A stretch of DNA of 61,606 nt, the filler included. It is 3 parts of 3 records of this genome, joined end to end, with 100 filler letters (N's around TTAATTAATTAA, not from the genome) between each part and the next. Parts side by side here need not be neighbours in the genome. Positions count along the whole stretch, not along the records: positions 1 to 21,252 come from SRR2962707_1053; 2 more parts are not named here. One strand, written 5' to 3'. Below, in pieces: positions 10,258 through 21,352 of the stretch (positions are counted from its first letter, which is position 1; every line of letters begins with the position of its first letter). The translations under genes and the position numbers were made by a program. The notes below the pieces were generated by a model. It was not told where the DNA came from, searched no databases, and worked only from the letters and a program-made list of their open reading frames with translations.

Positions 10258-10959
10258 TTGTCTATGAAACCGCTTAACGAAGATAAAAAGGCAGACAATG
10301 TGCGCCCGACTAAGGGCCGGTTTTTGACGCGTTTTTGGCGTTGGTCAGCGCTTCTTTTAAGCGCAGCTATTGTGGCGCTTATTGTTGGTTTTTTTGGCTT
10401 TTTATCGACCATAAAAGAATATCCGCATGAGGATATAGATGGTTTTCAGGCAGATGGCATTGTCGTTTTTACGGGTGGCTTTGCGCGGCTTGAACCTGCG
10501 GTCGCTTTTCTTAAAAACAAGTCCGGCGCGCGGCTTTTAATATCTGGCGTTAACCGCAGCACCGGCGATAAATTGTTGCAGAATGTGCTCGATATCAATG
10601 AAAAGCTCTATCAATGTTGTGTTGATATTGATCAAGACGCTATGGACACCATTGGCAATGCGTTGGGCACCGCGCATTGGGTTCAAGCTAAGGGCTATAA
10701 AAGCATTATCATTGTGACGAACGATTATCACATGCCGCGCAGCCTAGCAGAGTTGCGCCGCGTCTTGCCGGATGTCGAATTGTTTCCCTACGCCGTGCGC
10801 AATGATTTTAATAAGGAACATACCATCGCCGATATTGTTGATGGTTACCGCGTTTTGATCAGTGAATATGCAAAATATGTCGCATCGCAAATTCGCGGCG
10901 TTACGCAATCGAGCAATCGCGTGCTTGGCGTTGCTGCGCGGCTGTCGACAGGATGGTAA
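10258..10959 (+). CDS. YdcF/DUF218-family protein
   Basis: DGIVVFTGG, LLISG, TIGNA, VTNDYHMPRS, SEYAK. Confidence 0.9.
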   Translation: MSMKPLNEDKKADNVRPTKGRFLTRFWRWSALLLSAAIVALIVGFFGFLSTIKEYPHEDIDGFQADGIVVFTGGFARLEPAVAFLKNKSGARLLISGVNRSTGDKLLQNVLDINEKLYQCCVDIDQDAMDTIGNALGTAHWVQAKGYKSIIIVTNDYHMPRSLAELRRVLPDVELFPYAVRNDFNKEHTIADIVDGYRVLISEYAKYVASQIRGVTQSSNRVLGVAARLSTGW

Positions 10960-11039
10960 AGTTTCTATAATCCGATAGTCAGCAGTTTGGGTTTGCCCAA
11001 CTTCAAAATTATTCATTGCTTTAAATGACGGATTAAATC

Positions 11040-11828
11040 GTGATCGCACTAAAATCGGCCGTTTTCAATTTGATGTTTTATCTGGTCACAGCGATCTACA
11101 TGATTGGCTTTTCACCGCTTTACTTTCTAGGGCCAGAGAGATCGGCTTGGTGGGTTGTTCGGTTCTGGGCCAATACGCATCTATGGCTCATGAAGGTCAT
11201 TTGTGGCACGCATCATTCGGTCACAGGATTTGAGAACTTGCCGCGCGGTGGATATATTATCGCGCCAAAACACCAATCGGCTTGGGATACATTTGCGTTC
11301 CTGCCTTGGTGGCCGGCACCAACTTACATTCTAAAACGTGAATTGATGTGGATACCGCTTTTTGGTTGGTATGTGGCGCGTATGAAAATGATTCCGATTG
11401 ATCGCGGTAGCCGCGATAAGGCATGGAAATCGATTAATTGTGGCGCTGAAAAAGCGGTCAATAATGGGCGCCAAATCGTTATTTATCCCGAAGGGACGCG
11501 GCGTCCGGCTGGCGGAGACCCTGCCTATAAATCAGGTATCTATTATCTCTATTCTAAGCTTGGTGTGCCGGTTGTGCCAATCGCGCATGTGGCCGGTCTT
11601 TATTGGCCACGCCATAAATTTTTGCGCTATCGAGGTCACATTAAAGCGGAAATTTTAAAACCAATTCCGCCCGGTCTGTCTAAAGAAGAGTTTATGCAAG
11701 CACTGATCTCTTCGACAGAAGAAGCATGTGATCGATTGCTGCTGGAAGCTTATGAGGGCAAAAATCCGCCACCGTTTTCGCCCATTGCTAAGGCCCGCAT
11801 TGACGCGCTTAAGTCTGCCGGCTTCTGA
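11040..11828 (+). CDS. plsC: 1-acyl-sn-glycerol-3-phosphate acyltransferase
   Basis: KHQSAWD (HX4D) and IYPEGTR. Confidence 0.9.
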   Translation: MIALKSAVFNLMFYLVTAIYMIGFSPLYFLGPERSAWWVVRFWANTHLWLMKVICGTHHSVTGFENLPRGGYIIAPKHQSAWDTFAFLPWWPAPTYILKRELMWIPLFGWYVARMKMIPIDRGSRDKAWKSINCGAEKAVNNGRQIVIYPEGTRRPAGGDPAYKSGIYYLYSKLGVPVVPIAHVAGLYWPRHKFLRYRGHIKAEILKPIPPGLSKEEFMQALISSTEEACDRLLLEAYEGKNPPPFSPIAKARIDALKSAGF

Positions 11829-12357
11829 TTTTTGCCGCTACGGACGCAAGCCAATGGTCGTTAATGCCAAGGCTGGCGATATGGTCGGCCGTGTTGAGAA
11901 TGTAATCTTCATTGGGACCAGCATTGCCAACTGCACCGCAAACGCAATTTGCCGCATCATCAACGCTCATTTTACGCGCATATTGTTCATGGGTTCTATC
12001 AGCGACGTAAATGACCGCTTCGGTTTTTTGACCATCAGCCAAGGTCAATTTGCCCATGCGCTCAAGATAGACATTTGTGACGAGTTCACGTTCGCGTAAA
12101 TAGGCCATGACAGCATCGCGGTTGTGTGGGGCGATTTTGAAGGCAAGTCCAACGCAGGAACCGCCAAAGTCTAACCCCATAACAAGGCCGGGGCGTTCTC
12201 TCGTGCCACGATGTTCCCATGATTTGATGCATAATGCGCGGTGATAGCCATTTAATTTGGCGCGTTGTTTTTCCTCGAAGTCAAAACCGGGTTTCCACAT
12301 CAAAGATGCGTAGCCGAAAACCCAAAGATCGTTCATAAGTTCAAACCTGTCATTCAA
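11809..12357 (-). CDS. chaC: Glutathione-specific gamma-glutamylcyclotransferase
   Basis: WVFGYASLMW, HRGTRERPGLV, YLRERE, GPNEDY. Confidence 0.9.
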   Translation of the reverse strand: MNDRFELMNDLWVFGYASLMWKPGFDFEEKQRAKLNGYHRALCIKSWEHRGTRERPGLVMGLDFGGSCVGLAFKIAPHNRDAVMAYLRERELVTNVYLERMGKLTLADGQKTEAVIYVADRTHEQYARKMSVDDAANCVCGAVGNAGPNEDYILNTADHIASLGINDHWLASVAAKIRSRQT

Positions 12358-12383
12358 AGTGAAAATACTTTAGCGGACCTAAC

Positions 12384-13367
12384 ATGCAAACCAACAATAC
12401 AAAACCTGCCTATAATTCCAAGCGCCGGATTCAGTTTTTATTTGGATTGAGTGTGATCGCGGTCGCAGCCGCGATTGGTGGGTGGTTTTTCGTTGCGGGC
12501 AAAATCAATGATGCGACCAGCACTGCGATTGCGCAGCAGGCGACTGCAGGCACAGACATTTTGTGTGACAACAAAGAGGTTGGCGGTTTCCCGTTTCGCT
12601 TCGGGCTTTTTTGTGACCGCGTTGAGATCAAAAATGGCAACCATCTGGAAGTCAAAGCCGGCGCTTTGCGCTCTGCGGCGGTGTTTTACAATCCGGCGAA
12701 AATCATTTTTGAATTGGACGGCCCTGCTGACATCACCAATGCCGGCGAAAGCGTAAAACTGAATTGGTTCTCGATGCGCGCGAGTACGCGTGTTGCGCAG
12801 CCTTTGCCCGAACATTTTTCGATTATTGGCAAAGACTTTACGCTCGAAGATAAGGACTTAGCTTTTAGTGCTGACCGTGTGGAAGCGCATATGCGTGTTG
12901 TCGATCAGAATTTGGATTTGGCAGGCCGTGTCGAAATGCTCGATTATTCTAAAGCGCCGACGGTTTTGATTGATCTGCCGCCGCTTGGTGGTGACTTCAA
13001 CCTGCACGTTGAAGACGGTGTGCGGGTTGCGATGACCCAGCCATTTTCGGTTCGGGGTACAAGCGGGACACTTGAGCGCGCTGCGCTGCTTCTCACAGAA
13101 GATAGCGGTCTTTTGCTGAGCGGGCCTTATTCGGTCGACGCTTTAGGTCTTATCAATGCGCAGCTTAATTTGCGCATTATCGACGTTGATGCGGTTTTTC
13201 CGGTGCTCGAAAAGGCATTGCCCGACCTTGCGCAATCGCTTCAAGCATTTGCGAACGGTCATCCCCGTACAGGCGAAAAGGGCGACGAGATTGAATTGAA
13301 AATTAATATTCAAAACAGTCAGGTCGCTCTCGGATTTATTCCGCTCGGCGTTTTGCCACCGCTTTAG
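12384..13367 (+). CDS. DUF2125-family protein
   Basis: N-terminal TM, GGFPFRFG motif, C-terminal LGFIPLG. Confidence 0.8.
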   Translation: MQTNNTKPAYNSKRRIQFLFGLSVIAVAAAIGGWFFVAGKINDATSTAIAQQATAGTDILCDNKEVGGFPFRFGLFCDRVEIKNGNHLEVKAGALRSAAVFYNPAKIIFELDGPADITNAGESVKLNWFSMRASTRVAQPLPEHFSIIGKDFTLEDKDLAFSADRVEAHMRVVDQNLDLAGRVEMLDYSKAPTVLIDLPPLGGDFNLHVEDGVRVAMTQPFSVRGTSGTLERAALLLTEDSGLLLSGPYSVDALGLINAQLNLRIIDVDAVFPVLEKALPDLAQSLQAFANGHPRTGEKGDEIELKINIQNSQVALGFIPLGVLPPL

Positions 13368-13385
13368 ATTAAATTTCGCTCAAAC

Positions 13386-14324
13386 TTATTTTTGCGTTTC
13401 TTCGGTCGGTGTGCGGCCAAAGTTTGGCTTGTCGATATCTTGGCCCGCTTCAATGATCGAACGGCGGATAGAGCGTGTTCGGCTGAACATAGAAAATAGG
13501 GCATCGCCATCCCCGCGGCGGATGTTGGCGCGCAGCGACGAAAGATCCTCTGAAAAACGCGCAAGCATTTCCAAAATCGCGTCCTTATTGTGCAAACACA
13601 CATCGCGCCACATGGTCGGGTCCGATGATGCCAAACGGGTAAAGTCACGAAAGCCCGAGGCCGAATATTTAATGACTTCGGCATCAGACACGGTTTCAAA
13701 GTCTGACGCGGTGTCGACAATATTGTAGCTGATTAATTGCGGCAGGTGGGACACCAGGGCCAAGACTTGGTCGTGGTGCGCAGGGTCCATCAATTCTACA
13801 TTGGAGCCGCAAGCTATCCAAAAATCAGACAATGTTTGAAGCGCGACTTTGTCGGTATTTTCTGGGGGCGTTAAAATGAGCCAGCGTTTTTCAAACAAAG
13901 AGGCAAAGCCTGAATCGGGGCCAGAATATTCTGTGCCCGCAATGGGGTGCCCTGGAATGAAATGCACATTGTCAGGCAGTTCGGGCTGCATTTGCGCGAT
14001 CACGGAGGCTTTCGTTGAGCCAACATCGGTCACGATTGCGCCGGGCTTTAAGCTGCTTGCAATGGCTTTTGCTACCGCGCCTGATGCACCTACTGGCACA
14101 GAGACAATGATGAGGTCGGCATCTTTAACTGCTTCTGCGGCGTCCGTATGATAACTGTTGCCAAGGCCAAGTTCTTCTGCGCGCGCCAATGTTGGCTCGC
14201 TACGCGATGAGATGGCGACATGATTGGCTAATTTTTCGCGCGCGATGACGCGGGCGAGTGAAGAGCCAATCAGGCCGATGCCGATAAGCGCAACGCGCTC
14301 AAAAATAGGTGTTTGGCGGGGCAT
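13386..14324 (-). CDS. tyrC: Prephenate/arogenate (cyclohexadienyl) dehydrogenase
   Basis: GIGLIGSS, DVGSTK, GHPIAGTE, HDQVLALVSHLP, GFRDFTR. Confidence 0.93.
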   Translation of the reverse strand: MPRQTPIFERVALIGIGLIGSSLARVIAREKLANHVAISSRSEPTLARAEELGLGNSYHTDAAEAVKDADLIIVSVPVGASGAVAKAIASSLKPGAIVTDVGSTKASVIAQMQPELPDNVHFIPGHPIAGTEYSGPDSGFASLFEKRWLILTPPENTDKVALQTLSDFWIACGSNVELMDPAHHDQVLALVSHLPQLISYNIVDTASDFETVSDAEVIKYSASGFRDFTRLASSDPTMWRDVCLHNKDAILEMLARFSEDLSSLRANIRRGDGDALFSMFSRTRSIRRSIIEAGQDIDKPNFGRTPTEETQK

Positions 14325-14325
14325 T

Positions 14326-15444
14326 TTATTTTGATTTCATAAATTCGCTGAGGGTCGAAATGACGCCCTCATTTGCTTCATCAGAGCCGACTGTCATGCG
14401 CAATGCATTGGGCAAGCCGTAAGACGTGACTGCACGCAGCACGTAACCACGCGCCACAAGATAGTCGTCCGCCTTTGCCGCTGTATGCGCTGCATCATTT
14501 TCAGGGAAATGAATGAGAATGAAATTGCCAACGCTTGGCGTGACTTTCAAGCCAATTGCCTCGAACGCTGCATTTAACTTCGGTAGCCAAGTCTCATTGT
14601 GGATAATCGCCGCATCAATATGCGCACGGTCTTTCATTGCTGCTGTGCCTGCCGCAATGGCTGCTGCGCTAACATTGAACGGACCACGCACGCGGTTTAC
14701 CGCATCCACAATATGCGCTGGCGCATACATCCAACCAATGCGAAGCGCTGCAAGGCCGTAAATTTTCGAGAATGTGCGTGTCATGACGACATTGTCGCTT
14801 TGCGATACAATTTCGATGCCCGCTGCATAATCATTGCGGCGTACATATTCAGCGTAAGCCGCATCGATGACGAGAAGCACATGCGGCGGCAATCCCGCTT
14901 GAAGGCGGCGCACTTCTGCATCGCTCATATAGGTGCCCGTCGGATTATTGGGATTGGCAAGGAATACGATTTTCGTGCGTTCTGTGACCGCTGCCAAGAT
15001 TGCATCTACGTCTGCATGAAGATTTGTCTCAGGCACGATGACGGGTGTGCCGCCGGCCGCTAGAATTTGGATTTTGTATACGAGGAAGCCATGCTCGGTG
15101 AAAATGCCTTCATCGCCTGCACCAACATAAATGCTTGCGAGCAGGCCCAGCAATTCATCTGAGCCGTTTGAGCAAAGAATGTTGGCAGGGTTCAGCCCAT
15201 GACATTCGGCGATGGCGTTGCGCAGTTCACTAGACGTGCCATCGGGATAAATTTCGAGCTTTTTAGCGACATCTAAATATGCCTCAATAGCGGACGGGCT
15301 AGCGCCCAACGGTGTTTCATTGGATGACAATTTATGCAGTTTGACGCCGCTTGGCGCTTTATCGCGGCCAGGCACATAGGCAGCAATATCCATAACACCC
15401 TTATTGGGCTGTGGGCGGGTCGCAGGCGAATTCGTTTTTGTCAT
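14326..15444 (-). CDS. hisC: Histidinol-phosphate aminotransferase
   Basis: [35 protein letters not shown]. Confidence 0.95.
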   Translation of the reverse strand: MTKTNSPATRPQPNKGVMDIAAYVPGRDKAPSGVKLHKLSSNETPLGASPSAIEAYLDVAKKLEIYPDGTSSELRNAIAECHGLNPANILCSNGSDELLGLLASIYVGAGDEGIFTEHGFLVYKIQILAAGGTPVIVPETNLHADVDAILAAVTERTKIVFLANPNNPTGTYMSDAEVRRLQAGLPPHVLLVIDAAYAEYVRRNDYAAGIEIVSQSDNVVMTRTFSKIYGLAALRIGWMYAPAHIVDAVNRVRGPFNVSAAAIAAGTAAMKDRAHIDAAIIHNETWLPKLNAAFEAIGLKVTPSVGNFILIHFPENDAAHTAAKADDYLVARGYVLRAVTSYGLPNALRMTVGSDEANEGVISTLSEFMKSK

Positions 15445-15468
15445 GATAATATCCGATAAATGAAACAG

Positions 15469-16257
15469 CTAGGCAGCTGTGGCTTTCGCGAAATAGCCCC
15501 CAACGGCGCGAATGTCGAGAAGCTCTTTTGGCGCAGTGCTGCCATTGGCAATAGAAATAAGCGCTTGAAGCTTGCCCTTTTCATCGGTTTCGACGCCGAT
15601 CACTTCGCCGCCGGTCCAGTTGTTCAAGGCGTTTGCTGTTTTGAGTGTGCCTGCATAGGCGCGAAAGTCGAAGGGCACAGGATCAGAAATCGGCGGGGCG
15701 ATGACAAATGCATCGCAGCTTGGCAGCGCGGTTGTTGCCACTGGCAAGCGCGTCATAATGCCTAGGCCGCCTGCGCTGTTTAAATGTTGCCACCAGCAAT
15801 TGCCTTTTGAAATCGGCAAAACTGTCAATGCGTTGCCGTCGGCAGCAACGGCGTTTAGCGCATCTTCTGCGTGTTCGTGCACTTCAAAGGGAACTGAGAA
15901 GCCAAACTGGAAGCGCGCCATATCGCGCAGCATGTCTACGTCACCTTCTTTGGCCAGATGTACCGAATAGTTGGCTTGCAAATAGGTAAAGGTTGAAATG
16001 ATGTCGCGCCAAATGTGTACAATCATATCAAGCGGGATAGAGCCACGATGACGTGCGCTGATCATTTCCATCATGCTCGCTTCACGGCCAGGTCTGAAAG
16101 CCGCACCGGTCTGCGTCGCGGCGCCCTTAATTTTGATCAATTCGTCGATCACCGTTGCGCGCTGCATCAGTAGATTGTGCATAGACTCATCAACCGCATC
16201 GATCTTAGCGCGCAGTTCGGTCAGTCTTTGTGGATTATTTTGCGGTTTGTCGTTCAT
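15469..16257 (-). CDS. Chorismate mutase (alphaproteobacterial extended form)
   Basis: LRAKIDAVD..LLMQRA..FRPGREA; upstream of hisC-tyrC. Confidence 0.88.
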   Translation of the reverse strand: MNDKPQNNPQRLTELRAKIDAVDESMHNLLMQRATVIDELIKIKGAATQTGAAFRPGREASMMEMISARHRGSIPLDMIVHIWRDIISTFTYLQANYSVHLAKEGDVDMLRDMARFQFGFSVPFEVHEHAEDALNAVAADGNALTVLPISKGNCWWQHLNSAGGLGIMTRLPVATTALPSCDAFVIAPPISDPVPFDFRAYAGTLKTANALNNWTGGEVIGVETDEKGKLQALISIANGSTAPKELLDIRAVGGYFAKATAA

Positions 16258-16280
16258 CGGCTCAAATTACAGTTAGAATA

Positions 16281-17069
16281 TTATGGTTGTTTAAGATCAG
16301 TTTGATCGAAAAGCAAAGCAGGCTTTGTGCCTTTGTCAAAATTCATCACTGCGCCTTGCGGCGCAAGGGCAGGAACAAAAATGCGCCGCGAATGACGTTC
16401 GGCAACGGGCAGCCCTTGGTAAAGCCTTTTTTGCGCTTCCATAACCAATACGCCACTAAACATAGGGCTAAACCGCAGGCCAAAGCGCTCAATTTTGTTT
16501 GACATTTTAATCGCCAGAAAGCGCCTGCTGGGCGGAAAGAAAAGCGCCTCTGTTTCATTGGCGGGGGTAAAATTTGTATCGCGCAGCAGATCGACCAATT
16601 GTCCGCGCGAGAATGGGCGTCCCGTGCCAAAGGGGGTTGTCTCTACGCGTGCCCACACGCCGCTACGGTTAGGCACGACGACGATGAGGCGCCCATTAGG
16701 CGCTAAGACGCGCCACAGCTCCATGAGTGTCTCACGCGGGTTCTCTGAGTGCTCTAGCGTATGGATAGCCAAGATGCGGTCAATGGATGAATCCATCAAA
16801 GGCAACTCCTCGTCAAAAACCAGCGCTGAGCGCGATGGACCTTGGCGTGGCCATTTAGCCGCGCCCTTCGAGGCAAGCATAAAGGACATTGCGACTTGCG
16901 CATCACCTTCAAACCGCTCCAGCCAAGGCCGCGCATAGCCAAGGCCTAGAAGCCGTTCATTGGCCACCGGCTTCCATATCCGCGTCAACGCAGCGGCAAT
17001 CGCATGGTTTGCGCTTTGGCCTAAGGCCGTATGATAGAAGGCGCGCATTTCAACAATATCGGCGTGCAT
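16281..17069 (-). CDS. Class I SAM-dependent methyltransferase (YafS-like)
   Basis: LLGLGYA, LPLMDSSID, WRVLAPNGRL, TPFGTGRPFS. Confidence 0.88.
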   Translation of the reverse strand: MHADIVEMRAFYHTALGQSANHAIAAALTRIWKPVANERLLGLGYARPWLERFEGDAQVAMSFMLASKGAAKWPRQGPSRSALVFDEELPLMDSSIDRILAIHTLEHSENPRETLMELWRVLAPNGRLIVVVPNRSGVWARVETTPFGTGRPFSRGQLVDLLRDTNFTPANETEALFFPPSRRFLAIKMSNKIERFGLRFSPMFSGVLVMEAQKRLYQGLPVAERHSRRIFVPALAPQGAVMNFDKGTKPALLFDQTDLKQP

Positions 17070-17191
17070 TTGCTTTCCTCAAGTTAAAATCAACAAATCC
17101 TATTTGGCCTTTGGTTGCAAATGATGTTTGCTTCACCCTAGAAATAGAGTGCGCTTTGCGCTCATGAATCACGCCGGTTAAATTTCAGAGG

Positions 17192-17656
17192 ATGAAGACA
17201 GTTATGATTGAAATGCGGGCGGATGAAATTCGCAAAGTTTTAGATATGAAGCCCCATCCAGAAGGTGGCTCTTATGTTGAAACCTACCGTGATTTGACGG
17301 GCGGCGGCGAGCGCGGTCATTCGACAGCGATTTATTTTTTGCTCGAAGCGGGCGAAGTTTCCCATTGGCACCGCGTGCGCGATGCCGCTGAGGTTTGGCA
17401 TTATTATGGGGGTGCGCCACTGGCACTGACGCTGTCTCCCAACGGGCACGATGCGCAGTCTTTTCGCTTGGGGCCGAATTTGCTTATGGGTGAACGCCCG
17501 CAATTGGTGGTACCGCCCGATCACTGGCAGACTGCGACAAGTCTTGGCCACTGGACGCTGGTTGGCTGCACGGTTGCGCCAGGGTTCGATTTTGCAGCCT
17601 TTGAATTGGCTGCACCTGATTGGCGGCCGATGCCTCGGCCCGCCAAATCGCGTTAG
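17192..17656 (+). CDS. Cupin_5/DUF985-family protein
   Basis: PHPEGG, TAIYFLL, SHWHRV, CTVAPGFDF. Confidence 0.9.
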   Translation: MKTVMIEMRADEIRKVLDMKPHPEGGSYVETYRDLTGGGERGHSTAIYFLLEAGEVSHWHRVRDAAEVWHYYGGAPLALTLSPNGHDAQSFRLGPNLLMGERPQLVVPPDHWQTATSLGHWTLVGCTVAPGFDFAAFELAAPDWRPMPRPAKSR

Positions 17657-17660
17657 TTAT

Positions 17661-18467
17661 TTATTTTGATAGGCGCTCAAAGCGCCGCGCACGAATAGAG
17701 ATCGTCCCGATTTTGGTTTTTATTTTAGCCATAACCGGCGAATAAAGGCCGGTGTCACCAGTGGGTGCGAAGCTTATGTCTAAATAAGAGTTCTCGCGCA
17801 TCCATTTGATGTCTTCTTTATTGCGGTCATAACCAGCAATTGGTTTAAACGCAGCGCGGCACGTTACAACATCGCCCTTAAAGCCTGTTGCGCTGAAAGG
17901 AATGGTGCGCAAATAGCGCATCGGATATTCTGAGCGCATGCCGCCATCAAAAATTTTCAGCGTATTATCGCATACGGAACGCGCTGATTGAGAAGGGATC
18001 ATGACGCCTGAAATTGGATCTAGGACGGCGCGCAGATGTTCCGCGTTAAGCTCAATCCAATCACCGCGTTTTTTGACCGGTGGAACGCTTGTCGAATTGG
18101 CGACATTACCGTTTTTAAAGGCAATCTTCGTCGATTTGGTTTTCTTGCCTTCAGTATAGGACGTATCGAATGCAGTCGCAGTGACATTTTTCTCGTCATA
18201 GGTGCCGGTAGCTTTTAAAGTACCATTGATCGTTGTGATAAGCGCCGCAACGCCAGCTGATCGCAATTTACCATTTAGGGTGTAGCTGCCTTCGCCGATT
18301 GTGCTTCTAAATGTGAGCACGCCCACGGGAATGCCAATCGCGGAGACAGCAAATTCGGTCGCAAACTCTTCGCTATGGGCGAAAGTACCCGCTGATAGGC
18401 TGGCTAAGATGACCGATGTTGTTGCTAAAAGAGCAGTTTTTGCGCGTCTCATTTTGTGTTTTCCCAA
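17661..18467 (-). CDS. DUF3108-family exported protein
   Basis: Signal peptide; VLDPISG, C..IFDGG, C..PIAG; usual position divergent from rpmB. Confidence 0.8.
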   Translation of the reverse strand: MGKHKMRRAKTALLATTSVILASLSAGTFAHSEEFATEFAVSAIGIPVGVLTFRSTIGEGSYTLNGKLRSAGVAALITTINGTLKATGTYDEKNVTATAFDTSYTEGKKTKSTKIAFKNGNVANSTSVPPVKKRGDWIELNAEHLRAVLDPISGVMIPSQSARSVCDNTLKIFDGGMRSEYPMRYLRTIPFSATGFKGDVVTCRAAFKPIAGYDRNKEDIKWMRENSYLDISFAPTGDTGLYSPVMAKIKTKIGTISIRARRFERLSK

Positions 18468-18677
18468 TTTTCGGTCCCTTCATTTGTCTTGTTGAAAGGC
18501 AATTAGGACATTAATATGGTCGCGTCAGCGCGCTTTTACCATTGACGTTGCAAAAATCCGTCATTATAGAACCACGACTCCTCGCAAAGTCTGATTGATT
18601 GCGTCGGCTGCCGATACCGGTAAACGCTTTGATGTGCAATGGACGCGAGACCTAAATATTGATTAGAGGTGAAGACC

Positions 18678-18968
18678 ATGTCACGCGTATGCGAACTGAC
18701 AACTAAAGCAGTAATGTCTGGCAACAATGTTAGCCATGCGAAAAACAGAACACGTCGTCGTTTCTTGCCAAACCTTTGCCAAGTAACGCTAATGTCAGAC
18801 GTGCTAGGCGAAAAATTCCGCCTACGCGTTGCAGCATCAACCCTGCGCTCAGTTGAGCACCGCGGTGGTCTTGATGCGTTCTTGGCAAAAGCTAAAGCGA
18901 CAGAACTTTCTCAGCGCGCACGTTTGATCAAACGTCGTATTGCTGTGAAACAGTCTGAAGCGGCTTAA
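18678..18968 (+). CDS. rpmB: 50S ribosomal protein L28
   Basis: [29 protein letters not shown] ribosome-binding site. Confidence 0.97.
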   Translation: MSRVCELTTKAVMSGNNVSHAKNRTRRRFLPNLCQVTLMSDVLGEKFRLRVAASTLRSVEHRGGLDAFLAKAKATELSQRARLIKRRIAVKQSEAA

Positions 18969-18991
18969 TTAGCCTTTTCATTTGATTAATC

Positions 18992-19015
18992 GAGCGGGCC
19001 TTCGGGTCCGCTTTT
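18992..19015 (+). terminator. Intrinsic terminator after rpmB
   Basis: GAGCGGGCC-TTCG-GGTCCGCTT stem with UUCG loop followed by T run. Confidence 0.8.
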
Positions 19016-19053
19016 ATATGTCTCTAGCTGGTGGCATCACCCAGGGTAAAAAA

Positions 19054-19683
19054 ATGCGTCAATCAACCACGCTTACTATTTTCATTATTGGCATGTGCGC
19101 TGTCGTGGCCGCATCCAACTATCTCGTGCAATTTCCGGTTCATGCGATGCTCGGTAGCATCAATCTGGCGGACATTTTGACATGGGGCGCATTCACCTAT
19201 CCCATCGCCTTCCTCGTTACAGACATGACTAACCGCCGATACGGACCAGCAAAAGCCCGAATGGTGGTTTTTGCCGGATTTGTTTTGGCTGTTATTTTGT
19301 CGATCTGGCTGGCAACCCCGCGTATCGCCATTGCATCTGGTTCAGCATTTTTGCTGGCGCAATTGCTTGATGTGTCGATCTTTGATCGCCTGCGCGCTCA
19401 AAATTGGTGGAAAGCACCGTTCATCTCAACAATGATTGGCTCCGTGCTCGATACGATTGTATTCTGGGGCATCGGCTTTGCTGGCATGTTCGCAGTATTG
19501 GATTTTGGCGGCGAGCCGGGATCTCTCGATTTTGCGGCACCATTTTGGGGTGTTGGCGCAGAGATGCCGCTTTGGGTCTCTCTTGCGATTGGCGATTTCT
19601 TAGTCAAGATATTGGTTGGCATGGTTATGCTTTTGCCATACCGCCTCGTTGTGCCATCGCTGGCGAAAACAAAAACAGCTTAA
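19054..19683 (+). CDS. VUT/YhhQ-family queuosine precursor transporter
   Basis: ASNYLV, GAFTYPIAFLVTD, RIAIAS..AF..AQLLD. Confidence 0.88.
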   Translation: MRQSTTLTIFIIGMCAVVAASNYLVQFPVHAMLGSINLADILTWGAFTYPIAFLVTDMTNRRYGPAKARMVVFAGFVLAVILSIWLATPRIAIASGSAFLLAQLLDVSIFDRLRAQNWWKAPFISTMIGSVLDTIVFWGIGFAGMFAVLDFGGEPGSLDFAAPFWGVGAEMPLWVSLAIGDFLVKILVGMVMLLPYRLVVPSLAKTKTA

Positions 19684-19705
19684 ATTAAGGCTATTACTGA
19701 TCGGC

Positions 19706-20722
19706 TCAATTGATTGGGCCGGTTAGCCTAAATTCCAACATGAGATTGCGCTGCAATATTGAATGATTGTCGTCTGACACAAGGGTCAGGCGCGGCGTAC
19801 CGTCACTATCAACGGTGATGTCGAGGCCTTCCAGATTATCAATCTGGTAAGAAAAATCTGATGTCAGCAGCACGGCGGCGTCAACTGTTGCGCCCGGCTT
19901 TATGTCATTTGCATTGATGTGGCGCAGGCGCATGCCCAAGCCATCTTTCATATTAAATTGGCGTTCGAGCAAAACCAGATTGCCATTCGGTAAAAAGGCG
20001 ATATCCGTGACGTCGAATTCACCGTCGCGCTTGACTGAAAACTGATAGGTTTTGCCTGATGGCTCTTTGACAAAAGACATAAAGTTTTTGTTTTTATCGA
20101 GGCTTTTCTCACTGATACCGACGAGAGCGCCTGCCAGCTTGGAATCCGTTGGCGCAAAGGCAATGCCTTCAAATCCGCGATTTTCGCGCAGTTCGTAAAG
20201 CGGCACAGGCGGCGGAAATTCGCCGACTAATTTTGGTTTTGCAGTGTCTGTAAAATCATATTGCGATACGCGGTGCATACGCTCAAAGGAAACGTAAACT
20301 TGGCCGTCTTTTTCAGCGATGCCTTCGGCATCGGCCTGCCATTTTTGCGCAAAAGCGTTTCCGTTTTTGTCTGTGATTTCATAAATGGACGCGGTGATTG
20401 CACGCAATTGATTATTATCGTCTCGCTCAATATCGCCCTCGATCCAAAAGCCTGTATCGGCAATGCCAATGTAGTGTTTTTGATCTGGGGTCAGTACAAT
20501 GCCGGACCAAGCGCCAAAATCGCGTGATTTGCCGAGCATTTCGAGGCCGCCAGCAAATTCTAGCGGACCAAACTGCTTTTGGTCAGAACCAATTTTAAAT
20601 TGCTCAATCAGACGCGCGTTAACAGAATCTGTGTTGTCGGCCTGTGCTGCTGACGTCACGATAAGCATTGAAAGGCCTATGGTGGCCAAAGCGCATCGAA
20701 ATTTGATCAGCAATTTAAGCAC
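19706..20722 (-). CDS. Esterase-like phytase-family beta-propeller protein
   Basis: DAEG, NRGFEG, IDNLEG and SDDNHS motifs; GTG start at 20722 overlaps the cobT stop. Confidence 0.85.
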   Translation of the reverse strand: MLKLLIKFRCALATIGLSMLIVTSAAQADNTDSVNARLIEQFKIGSDQKQFGPLEFAGGLEMLGKSRDFGAWSGIVLTPDQKHYIGIADTGFWIEGDIERDDNNQLRAITASIYEITDKNGNAFAQKWQADAEGIAEKDGQVYVSFERMHRVSQYDFTDTAKPKLVGEFPPPVPLYELRENRGFEGIAFAPTDSKLAGALVGISEKSLDKNKNFMSFVKEPSGKTYQFSVKRDGEFDVTDIAFLPNGNLVLLERQFNMKDGLGMRLRHINANDIKPGATVDAAVLLTSDFSYQIDNLEGLDITVDSDGTPRLTLVSDDNHSILQRNLMLEFRLTGPIN

Positions 20723-21252
20723 GCCGTTTGCGCCTGCCGCGAGATTGTTCGCCTGAGCTTTCATCAAACAAAGATGCAAGTTGCTCGGTCATTGCGCCGG
20801 CTAGTTCTTCGGCATCCACGATCGTCACTGCGCGTTTGTAATAACGGGTTACATCGTGGCCGATGCCGATGGCGAGCATTTCGACATTGGAGCGGTTTTC
20901 AATTTCTTCGATCACAGCACGCAAATGGCGCTCAAGGTAATTGCCCGGATTAACTGACAGCGTCGAATCATCGACCGGCGCGCCATCTGAAATCATCATC
21001 AAGATTTTGCGCTGTTCTGGACGCGCCGCAAGGCGGCGATAAGCCCAAGTGAGGGCCTCGCCATCAATGTTTTCTTTCAGCAAGCCTTCGCGCATCATCA
21101 GGCCAAGGTTTTTATTGGCCCGTCTCCACGGTGCATCGGCAGATTTATAGATAATGTGGCGCAAATCGTTTAGACGACCAGGTTCATTGGGCTTACCGTT
21201 TTTCAGCCACGCTTCGCGGGCTTGGCCGCCTTTCCACGCGCGGGTGGTAAAG
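20715..21252 (-). CDS. cobT: Cobaltochelatase subunit CobT, C-terminal part (cut by contig end)
   Basis: [35 protein letters not shown]. Confidence 0.93.
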
Positions 21253-21352
21253 NNNNNNNNNNNNNNNNNNNNNNNNNNNNNNNNNNNNNNNNNNNNTTAA
21301 TTAATTAANNNNNNNNNNNNNNNNNNNNNNNNNNNNNNNNNNNNNNNNNNNN
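21253..21352. other. Artificial contig spacer
   Basis: N run with central TTAATTAATTAA (stops in six frames); base composition and apparent taxon change across it. Confidence 0.97.

Noticed and set aside
18969-19053. preQ1 riboswitch upstream of the VUT transporter
   Set aside because: Only the rpmB terminator and an A run are visible; I could not match the preQ1 consensus, and an Rfam scan would settle it
21297-21308. TTAATTAATTAA palindrome as a biological site (also 51310-51321)
   Set aside because: It is embedded in N runs and identical at both junctions, so it is a synthetic linker
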